Assembly (NCBI RefSeq): GCF_009914755.1
Contig: NC_060930.1
Source: the human T2T-CHM13v2.0 reference genome, Homo sapiens
DNA length: 64,000 nucleotides
Reading direction: 5' to 3' (one strand)
The number at the start of each line of letters is the position of its first letter. The first letter of the stretch is position 1. Of the stretch, positions 52,200 to 64,000 are shown one piece after another. Both the position numbers and the translations under genes were made by a program. The notes below the pieces were generated by a model. It was not told the origin of the DNA. It ran no database searches and worked only from the letters and a program-made list of their open reading frames with translations.

Positions 52200-54260
52200 G
52201 GAATGATTGGGTCAAATTTTGCCTCTAGGTTCCTGAGCATATTTTTAGGAACCGATTTGCTACCAGATTTGTATCTTCTGTTGACTCCTTAGGTGACACA
52301 ATTTATAATGCCCATAAATGGAAGACTAGGGGCACTTTGACTAGTTAACAGGCTCACAGTCATTTCATTGCAAAGACAGTCCTTGATAGAACAATGAGGA
52401 AAGTAATTATGATCTACAAAGACGACAGATAATTACTATACTGATGAGCACCAAGGCACAGGACCCTTCCAGGGTCGCAGAGAGCACAGATGGAGTGCTG
52501 GGAGCCTTTAAGATTTGCCTCCTAAGAGTAAAATGTACCCTTGGTTGAGTAACACCTATTAACCCTGTGTGTTTTATGATTCTATCTGAAGTTTGAAGAT
52601 AGAGATACTAACAGTGGATGAGAAATTGGATTCGATGTTGGAAAGAGTCATTTGAAGGGAGTATCAGGGACACTGAGAAACAACTTTGTGTTGGCAAAAT
52701 AAACACATGAATAGAGGGCTGGCTTTGTGCTTCCAAAAGTTTCTAGCTATTGATCAGTGCAATAGCTGTAAATTTCTTGGCTGATTACAATCAGCAAGGT
52801 TTTTCCCAAAGGACAATAATGGCCTCAATTGAAAAGTCTATAAGCAAGTTAGTTTGGACATTTAGACATGGCTCTTAGCTATACAAATAATGAATTTATG
52901 TCTTGCAAAAACCGAACTGAGTGAAGCATTGTCCTTCTTTTGGCTACTTTTCTCTGTGCCCAATCCCAACCACAATCATTTAGCTTGAAATTTGGTTATC
53001 TAATTCCCTTTACTATCTTACAAAACAAATTAATTTTATAGTTTCTTTCATTGCACTTCAGTCAAGCTTGTCTTAAAGTAAGGACAGTGTTATTTAAGAT
53101 TTCCTTATGTCATGTGAGACTAATTGGTCTAATTCATTATGTAAAAACTATATGGGCTATGAGACAAATGAGGTAATGTATTTTGAACACTAGTATAATT
53201 GCTAATGAGATCTAATATGAGTAAACTGCCTGTAACTTAAGTGTTTCAGGATGATGGATATGTTACACTTTACTAGGGGAAGAGCTGAAATAAGTTATAG
53301 CATCAGTTAGCAATGCACTTACAGATAAAAATAGAGAGCAAGGGATAATATAATTTTAATTAAGTATTTCACTTTAAGGTTAATTTTTTTGATGTGTTGT
53401 GTTTTTCCAATATGTTGGATTTCAATAAAATGTTAGCTCATGACCAACTGCTGCTTTTAATGGCTTTTGGACCAATGTTGTTGCACATTTATTTTGAGTA
53501 GGGTGTTTCCAAAGGGACAGCTGTTACCACAGAGCCAAGGTCCACAGAAACTTATGGTGTTTATCAGTCATAATTGAAAAGATTTACATTCCCTTGTGCA
53601 GTGACAAACCTTGGATGGCAATTTACAAATAGTGTGTAGTCTATGTACTTGAAGAGATAGAGAAGCAGATACAGGAGTTTCTGGGGCTATGGTTTTGCCT
53701 TCAGTTTTCTATTTGATGACACAGATGTGTATGGATTAACAACAGACACTTGGGTGAGGATAAGGATGTTTTTCCCAAATGTGAAAAAGGATGTCCAGCC
53801 AAGTGGTAAAGGCATAAAGTCCATGAGAGTTTAGCAATCTCTAGTGATGGTCAGGAAAACAGCATTTACAAGTCCTACAATGGTATCACCAGGTCTCATC
53901 TGGTGACTTGAATATAACAGTAGGACTCAGAGATATAATGTTCAGAGACCAGGTGGGCCAACCATTGGTGGGTATCCAGTCCCAAACTTTCGAATATTTG
54001 GTGTTAATGAAATGTTTCTGGGTTTTAACTCAGGAAACTGGCAAGAGCTGGGAGGAATTCAAGCCATAGAAAAAGACTGGAAAATAGATTTATCAGAGCA
54101 GAATCTTAGAACAAAGATAAAAGCTAAGAAATTATCCTATGAACTATGGGACTTGGCTTTGAAACTCAAACATATAGGACCTGTTATTCAAATGAGTTCT
54201 TATGATGAAGGAGAAAGCATATCAACCAACATTTGGGAATCAGTGTGGGAAGCCAAAGGT
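52200..54260 (+). mobile_element. Highly decayed LTR-retroelement pol relic (RT, RNase H, integrase)
   Basis: Collinear but frameshifted motif remnants: FLGTDL (52242), IYKDD (YKDD at 52415-52426), HLGEDK (53747), FPNVKKDVQ (53772), YLVL..MFLG, WQELG, WDLAL. Confidence 0.45.
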
Positions 54261-54339
54261 TAACATCCAGATTAGATCTATAGTATGGATAATTTAAAGA
54301 GCAAAACCACTAAAATGTAGATTCTATGGGAAGAAGATA

Positions 54340-54425
54340 TCTTGTCTGCCTCTTCATTGTTGCCTCTCCAGTGCCTAGAAAATAGCCTGGTACATAGTGA
54401 GTGCTCATTGTATATTTTCAAAGGA
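54340..54425 (+). mobile_element. L2 3' end
   Basis: cttgtctgcctcttcattgttgcctctccagtgcctagaa...cctggtacatagtgagtgctca. Confidence 0.75.
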
Positions 54426-55929
54426 GTAAGTAGAGGGTATAGAGTTCTCCATGCATCTAAAAGTGGTTTTGATAGAGCAACTTAGTTATAGCTTACCTTA
54501 GTCAAGGCTGACTCAGGGTGAGAGAGAATCCTGCGTTTCCAATAGGGAAACCAAAGGGTGCAGTGGGAGGTTAGAGAAGGAAAGTGCAGGGTGGAAAAGA
54601 TTGAGAGAGAGAGAGAGACTGGTTGACCCAGCCAATGATAGAGCTTCTTTATGCGGCATCTCAACTGCTCAACCACTAGGGTCATTGTCATTACTTGAGA
54701 ACTAATATTGAGGTCATTTCAATTCTTTAGGATTGTGACACTAAATTAGATTAGATTCCAATCTAAGTCCTATATAAGCGCACTTTCCAAGCCCAGCAAG
54801 AATTAGGTGTAATCTGAAACAATTGGTTATAAACCGGCCCCTATGTACTTACTTCACTTGTCTTGCCTCTTTCTGGGACCAGCCATTAAGGCACTGAGGT
54901 GGGAGAGGGAGCTGTTGGTTGTATATCTTTTTCAACCTCTTCTATTAATCAAATGACTTAAGGGATAGGGGAAGATGTATTTTTCAAGGAATGTGACACA
55001 GGTTCATAAAACGTGTAACAATATAAAATATAAACTAGTTGCCTTGTAAATTCTTGGTGGTAATTATAAAGAGAAAAAAATGATGTGTCATCCTTAGATA
55101 ATTTGTAAGTCCTGTGCCTAGATACACGAATAGCAAGATAATTGAACATTTTCTTAACAACTTAGAATAATGAATGAACAAGAAATAGGTAGTTTTACTT
55201 GGAGTAATGAAAACCAACTAGAGAAAGTTACCAGAAATATAGTAAAATGGAATACAATAAAAATTATGCCAATAAAAAACTTTCATGGTGAAACATGGAA
55301 GCAGTAGGACATGTGATATTATGTCCCATAATTTAATTATAGGTATTTCTTGCTGCCTGATGTCTCCTTGTGTAAAATTCAGGACAGATTTTTGGCTTAC
55401 TTAATACTTCTCTCTATCTGAAACCAGTATCCAAACTATAGCAATTTATACTCAAGAACCAAATAGATTTGCATAGAGAGGGATATGTGTATATAATAAA
55501 CAATTTTAACTGATATAAGTAATATTACCCAGGACATTTTCCTCAGTCTAGAGGACACAACAATTAATAAAAATAAAAGCTACAGTTATTCCCTGGCTTA
55601 GCACCCATATGCTGGATGCTTGAAAACACAGCCCTTCTAATTTGTATGCTTGGTCTTGGAGATTTCTTTCAATCTGATATAGGCCTCTGCTCCTGCTTCC
55701 CTGTGGGTTACTGACCATCCTGGGATTGTCTCAGTGACAACTGTAGCCACATACTGTGGTCACTACTTACTAGTGTTCCTATTCTTGTCATCCTCATCTG
55801 TCGACAGATGAGGGACAGACATTATTCAGGAGCTGGGATGATGCTTTGGGGACAGCTCATCCTCATCTCTACCCCTAGTCATAACTATAACCTCTTTTAC
55901 AAATTTTTGTCTCCGTATTTGTGTCAGAA

Positions 55930-56445
55930 ACTGCTAATTGCCCTCCAGTATCCATTTGACCTTGGCAGGAGGCCATCTAACAAGAAACCACATATCCTAG
56001 CCTTTTGCATTTCAGTGTGGCTATGTGACACATGAAATGGGAATTTGGACAATGAAATTGTGTGATTACCTAGGTGACAAAATTATCTGTACACTAAACT
56101 CCCACAACATGCAATTTGCTATGGAATAAACCTGCACATGTACCCCTTGAACCTAAAATGAAAGTTGGAAAGAAAAAAAAAATTAAAGTGAGAGAAATCT
56201 GTTCTATTTCTGTATTATGCCCTTAAGCAAAGGAACTGTTTTTCCTCCATTTCACTTTTTTCTTCCTTTTGCCTGAGAAGTGGTGACAACTGGAGCTGCC
56301 ATCTCACATCCAAAGATGGAAGGCATGTGTTAAGGATGGTAAGGTTCCCCCATTTACCGTGAAATGTTCGTCTCTGGCTTATTGCATGAGAGTCTAATTT
56401 AATCTGTTGTATTTAAGGACTCTGTCATAGCAGTTTAGCCTGACT
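55930..56445 (+). mobile_element. MLT1-type LTR interrupted by an L1 3' end
   Basis: gtggctatgtgac...ggacaatg; ctggagctgccatct; ctctgtcatagcag. Confidence 0.55.
56060..56182 (+). mobile_element. L1PA/PB 3' terminal fragment with A tail
   Basis: acctaggtgacaaaattatctgtaca...aacctgcacatgtaccccttgaacctaaaa. Confidence 0.85.
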
Positions 56446-56749
56446 TATGCAAGCAGCTCTTTCCAGGAGTTAGGTGTCTGCACCACATGCTAGACCTGAT
56501 CAGCTCTTCCTGGACCTGTGGCCTTGAGTCATGTTAATATTTTTAGAACTTTTGATTTCTTTTATCCTGGGCAAGCCTGTGGGCCAGTGCACTTCTTTCT
56601 CTTGGAGTTCATGGTGCCAACCCTGCTCCTCTATGAAGCTAGTTTCCATTTCATCTCTGACCTTAGAACCTGATGGCAGGCTTGCCAACATGCCTTTAGC
56701 TTCTTGGTGGGATTTTGCTGTTGAGAGCTCATCAGCGACTCCTCCACTG

Positions 56750-56970
56750 TAGGATCCTGCACTTGTGTTTTCTGTCTGGAATGCTTTATCTCCAGATCTT
56801 TGCATCATTTACTTCTTAGCTTGACTATTATAAGCCTCACACCTCAACCCACACTGCACTCTTTCCTTCATTACCCTCTTATATTTCCTTTATAGCATTT
56901 CCTACCATCTAAATGATTGATTAGTTTACATGCTGAATGATTGAATCTCCTAAAAGACATTAAGATTATA
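56750..56970 (+). mobile_element. L2 fragment
   Basis: gcacttgtgttttctgtctggaatgctttatctccagatctt. Confidence 0.6.
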
Positions 56971-57639
56971 AGTTATAGCATCCTCAAGTAGATAGAAGTC
57001 AAGCTAAATATACAAAATGATAATCTAGCATGATAAAAGTTTTAGTAAAATTTCAAACTGAATCTGGAAAATTTCCTCTCCAAAATTTTTCTTTATGTAT
57101 TGTAGCTCATACCTACTAATGTGTAGAGCTTTAAGACATGACACAGAGTGACTTAGGTCTGGAAAGTTTTAGAAATTAAAAAAACTAACAATTCCTGGAA
57201 AAATAGTATGTGGGTATCCGTTTAATGATAAAACATTCAATTATAATTTCAACATCAATTAATTTATTTATCAGCATAAATAAATTGACCAAATTATGTT
57301 AGACAAATACTTAAAAAAATCCTATTTGCCCAAATATGTGCACCCATTCTATTTAAACTGATTATGGTATCTTTCCTTCTAGCCTGTTATGTTTCTGTGT
57401 GATTTCATCAGGATTTAAGCCATCTAGGTCCCAGGGGTCTAATCAATGTATACCTCTTGTACTTCTGCTACTTTTTCTACTGGCACTTCTACTTGTAGAA
57501 AGGGTTGATGTGGAAGTTCTGGTGTTTGCATGTTTTGATGCTGATAATTTGCTGACTTTCAGTTATTAACCATGATAATGTCTTCTTGGTCCTTTAAGTT
57601 TCTTCCCTCAGCTTTGCCTTTTCTTTCTGGTAAACATCT

Positions 57640-58003
57640 ATAGTGAGTTGAAAAGTTGAAAATGTCCCCTAATGTGCATGTTTGCCTGGAACGTCAGAAG
57701 CAGGATATTTGCATATGTAACTAACAAGGATTGAGATGAGAGCCTAAAAAAAATAAGGCTACGTAGAGATGGAGCAGAGATTGGTGTGCAGTGCCTGCAA
57801 AACAAGGAACAGCAAGGATTGCTGCCAGCCACCAGGAGCTGGGGATGAGACAGTAATCCTCCCCACAGCCTCCAGAAGGAAGCAACTCAGCCGACACCTT
57901 GATTTTGAATTTCTGGCCTCCAGAACTGTGAGAGAAGAAATTTCTGTTGTTTTAAACCACCAGGTTTGTGGTAATTTGTTATGACAGCCCTAGGAAATGA
58001 ACA
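57640..58003 (+). mobile_element. MLT1C/D-like LTR
   Basis: ccaccaggagctgggg...gacaccttgattttgaatttctggcctccagaactgtgagag...tggtaatttgttatgacagccctaggaaa. Confidence 0.85.
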
Positions 58004-59224
58004 CTGAATGTCTCTGGCTTATGAAGCTGTAGTCTGAGTGACCCCTCTGAGCTGTGCCTTGGGTAGAGGAGGCCAGTGTTTTGACTCAGCCACAGTCGGT
58101 TCTCATTTCCTGTTCCCAAGGCTGTCTCAGATACAGACTATGAACTAGTTACCTTTTAAAAGTGCCATATTCCTTAAAGCTATAATCGACAGTAGGATCA
58201 ATTATAGTCCAAATTCAGGCTTCTGCTATCTAATCCTTCATTCATAGTTTTGTGAAAATACACTAGACATACCTAAGCTTTCATTATTTCTAGTAATAAT
58301 GAATATAAAAGAGTTAAAAACAGAAATCAAAACCTGATTTTGAACATATGACTTTTTAAAGGCAATTTTTAAAAAATGCAAGGCCAGCTGTGTCCATTGT
58401 AGCTCCAGGAACCCTAATGTACTACTAGAAAGAATGTGGGTTCCATAACCTGTTATTTTCTCTATTTAATTTCTGTTGAAGAATTTCACTGTGTCCTTTG
58501 GGTATCTCCATTTCATTCATTAATGAGTCCTGGGGATATGAAATGAATGATGGGACTAAACTGTCCGGCAGGAGAGAAATACTGTGAATTTTTTTCCCTG
58601 TGTGATATTGCTACTTTCATCTTAATTCTCCTGCTTCAGGGCCCTGTCATATTAGCCCTATATTTTCAACAAAGGACTAAATAAAAGCCTAATGTTAATT
58701 TATTTTGGTTTCCTACTTAGGGTTAACTCATTCCCATTTTCATTTTTAGGTTTTAGGCTCTCATTCTAAGTTTGTTGGCAGGTTAAAATGAATTGCTTTA
58801 AATTATGATGATTTGGGTTTTTAGGCCTTTTGGGTGAATTATTAATATGAAAGATAGAGGAAAAGAAAGCCTATCATTTAGTTTTATTTTTGTTAACTCC
58901 CTATGAAGTATTTCTTGAGTAAATGTTAGGATGCAATAGAAAAGGCAAAGACATTTGCATTTAATAGTCCATGTTTGAGCTTTTGGAAATATCTGCATAA
59001 CATCATTTTTTTGTTGCTTTTCTTTTGTAGGCACGGATTGCTGTTCCACTGTTAGGCTAGCCTCATAATTCACTTAAATGAATGGTTTTGTATTCTATTT
59101 TACTTGGAGAAGAAAGAGAAGCCAATTTTAGACACTGGTTCATTGACTATGCATTTTCACATCCCTATGATATACTTGTTCATTCATATAACATATGCTT
59201 ACTGGTCACCTTGTGGTGTTAGAG

Positions 59225-59336
59225 GCCCAAATGTAAACACCTCAAACTAAACTTAAACCTCTTTTACCTGTTTCCCCAACCCATCCATCAGTTTTATATC
59301 CCTAATCAAGACTGATGGTATTGTTACCCACCAGGC

Positions 59337-59376
<40 letters not shown>

Positions 59377-59560
59377 TCAACTAACCCTCAAATCCCTTTA
59401 GCCCCACATTTCCATAGCCAGTGAGTCATCAGACCCTGTCAACTCCACCTTTTAAATATTTAAATATCACTCAGATTTTGCCTCTTTCCTCAACTCTATT
59501 GTGCGCCTCTTAATTGTGGCCCCATTATTTCTTGCATGCTTTATTTTATTAACAACCCGT
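59225..59560 (+). mobile_element. L2 fragment containing (AC)18
   Basis: cacctcaaact...ccctgtcaactccacctt; (AC)n at 59339-59374. Confidence 0.55.
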
Positions 59561-60559
59561 ATCTAACGCTATCACCACATTCCTAGCCTAGACACTTCCT
59601 AGTATCTCATATAATTAGAAGGGCATTTATGTGCTATTAACTCACTGGACTTTTGAGATGAAAGGGTTTTCTAGATTCAAAAATATCCCCCTATGGGTTT
59701 GGCTTTTACACACTATGTTTGTCTGGACAAACCATAGCATATAGAATTTTATATATCTGTAGGCACAGATGACTATTTCACTGATAGTTGAGCCTCATAC
59801 TTCACTTAAATGAATGGTTATGCATTCTGTTTTCACTGAGAAAACTTCCAACATGGACAAATTGACTGAATTTTCCTATTACAGTGCTAGGAGAGCAACT
59901 TGGAGGGGAAAAGAGAAGGGGAGGTGCTGGGATGTGTATGTCTAGGCTCATACTTAATTGTTACAACTCTTGAAATGAAGAAATTATAGAACAACTCAGA
60001 TAGGGTTGACGAATCAAGGAAAGCTGGAACTAGAGCCCCCACTTCCTGTATATTCCTGGGGCAACTGCAAATCTCTTGGAGGAGAGCTCTGTCAGGCTCT
60101 AGGCTGCTACCAGCAGGATGATGGAGAAAGGTATCAAGACACATGGAGCAGAATAGTAGCCTCCCAGTTACCCATGGCCAGAATGTTCTCTGCCCATTGT
60201 GGGAGACAATTGGGAAACAGCTCATGGACTCATGACAAAGGGCATGGTTGTGTGATTCTTCTATGGGCATGATTTGGTATGATTCAGTCAAAAGCATGAT
60301 AACCCAAAAGACCAGGAGGGAGCACCCACACTTGAGTGCACATCCACACAGCTCTCGATGAAGTTGGCAAGGACTAAGAAGGAAGGGAGCTGACTAGATT
60401 TCTGTTTTCTTTCTCCTTGATAATGCATGAACTCTACTGTCCTGCTACCAAACATAAACTCAGAACAGAAAATACAGAAAAGAGACCCTGAAAAGGAGGA
60501 ATTAGCCCTAACAGAGTTTAAACTTTGCATTGATTTAAATATGTAGCATTGTTTTTAAG

Positions 60560-62440
<1,881 letters not shown>

Positions 62441-62779
62441 GTGTCTGAGGCACCTGTGGGCTCCCCTGTCGCTGCTGGCAGTGTCATCATCTGAGCAAAT
62501 GCCAGATAAGACCAGCAGACCCCAACACTGGCTGGAGTGCAGGTTCCGCCCTTGGTGCAGCCTCCTGCCTGGTGTCTTTGCTGCTCAGCTGGGACACCCA
62601 CCCGCGAGAGCAGTTCTCTCTCCTGCCTGGAAGCTCTTCCTGACCCACAGTCTCCACCTTGGCCACTGCAGCTGCCTCCTTCTTCTGAGACAGGCCCAAG
62701 CCCAGCTCCACAGCGGGGGCGTCACTGGCTGACTCTTTTCCGAGACAGATCTTCCCTGCACACCCCTGTTTCCCTCCTT

Positions 62780-62910
62780 TTCATCCTTCCCCATCTCACC
62801 TCCCTCCTTCTTCTCTCTCTTCTTTCCCTTTTCCCTACCCCCTCTCCAGCACCCCATGAGCACTCCCTCCCTCCCTCCCCTCGTCCCTCCCCCATGCCCT
62901 CTTTCTACCC
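62780..62910. repeat. C/T-rich low-complexity tract, with a G-quadruplex motif on the - strand
   Basis: ccctccctccctcccctcgtccctccccc at 62865-62893. Confidence 0.7.
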
Positions 62911-63009
62911 TTGCTCCATGTCCAAAGGGCGCTCACTCAGGCCCTGACCACATCACACACACACAGTTTTCCTTTGTGCCCAGTTTTCCTTTGTGTCTAT
63001 CTGCAGTCT

Positions 63010-63125
63010 TTAATAAAAGAACCTTTGGAAAACCTAGGCTCAGAGAGGACAAGTAAGCTACCCAATGCTGTATGGCCTATTCCTGGCAGAGCTGGATCTA
63101 TAAGTCATGTCTCTCAGACTCTGGG
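63010..63125 (-). mobile_element. MIR
   Basis: ggaaaacctaggctcagagagg...agagctggatct. Confidence 0.55.
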
Positions 63126-63421
63126 TCCCTTTCTTTTTCCACCACAGGTTTCCAGATGTTCCAGCTGCCTTTTTGTGCCTCCTGCTGTCTTTCTCTCCCA
63201 CAGGCCAAGCCTTAGGTGAGGGTGAACCTGAGGCCTCCTACAGCCAATCCCGCCATCCTCACTGGGCCTGCATGTTTCCCAGGTTCCTGCTTTTCCAGAT
63301 CACCTTACAGTCCTCATATTCCACCCTGCCTGAGAGTCCAGTGTTTTTCAGCTGTCTGCATCCTACAGGACAGCCCCTACCAGGCCCCAATCCTTCCACT
63401 GCCCCTCCCAAGCTTAGCATC

Positions 63422-63665
63422 TGTGTCAGTGTCCGATGGCTGCTGTAACAAAGTGCCACAGACTCGGGGCTTAAACAACAGACATTGATTCTTTCCCAGT
63501 CCTGGAGGCCAGGAGTCTGCAATCAAGGGGTCAGCAGGGTCATATCCCCTCTGGAATCTCTCCGGGAGGCTCTTTCCTGCCCCTTCCTGCTTCTGGTGGC
63601 TCCAGGCACTCCCGGTCCTGTGACCATGTCCCTCTGATCCCTGCCTCCCTCTTCACACAGCCTCC
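63422..63665 (-). mobile_element. MLT1 LTR fragment
   Basis: ggctgctgtaacaaagtgccacagact...ggcttaaacaacag...cagtcctggaggcc...gcttctggtggc. Confidence 0.85.
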
Positions 63666-64000
63666 TCCAACCAGTGATCTTTAACTGGCACAATTTTATT
63701 CTTTACTTTTGTCATCAGCTAGTATGGAGATTTATAGGAAATAAAGGGATTTATAGGAAATAAGGAAAGCTGCATTTCCCCTCCCCTCAGATCTGAGTGG
63801 TTCTGAATAAATATAGAGCCAACTACAATCGATGCACTTGTTGTGTGCACATCCCTAAAAGATCCCTCCTGACTAGAGTATAAAACTCACAGTCTTTTGC
63901 TGCCGGCCTGGCCACAAACAAGCTCTCTATTCTCTTATCTCACCACTGCCCTTCTAATTCCTGCATTCCAAGTGCTCTAAATTTCTCTCTAAATCTGGAA

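Noticed and set aside
52745-52768. agctattg/caatagct hairpin containing CAGTG (IRE-like or miR-130/301-like)
   Set aside because: Loop and bulge geometry do not fit an IRE, and the stem is too short for a pre-miRNA

Overview
Primate (human/great-ape-like) non-coding genomic DNA, mostly AT-rich and rich in repeats. No protein-coding exon, rRNA, tRNA or CRISPR array can be supported, and I cannot name the locus. The ORF track is explained by L1 and Alu remnants, a GC-rich LTR and a TA microsatellite. Repeats include many old L1 fragments (mostly on the - strand, which hints at a long intron of a + strand gene), six Alu/FLAM copies, MIRs, L2s, MLT1/LTR16/LTR33-type LTRs and a complete MER52-type solo LTR with target-site duplications (TSD; 26305-28175). 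There are also two MADE1 MITEs (one split by an AluY), a Tigger4a and a MER5A. Best leads: (1) a ~1.9-kb TA-rich array with a fold-back, PATRR-like layout, directly next to a 102-bp inverted templated copy of sequence 2.8 kb away, which looks like a fossil break-repair scar; (2) a candidate recursive splice site, CACAG|GTAAGA at 40745/40746; (3) a nested inverted-repeat element at 21.3-21.5 kb; (4) a highly decayed RT-RNaseH-integrase relic at 52.2-54.3 kb; (5) a dense PBX/MEIS-GATA-HNF4-FOX motif cluster at ~5.0 kb. Repeat subfamily names are from recalled consensus sequences, not from a RepeatMasker run, and boundaries of old repeats are approximate.
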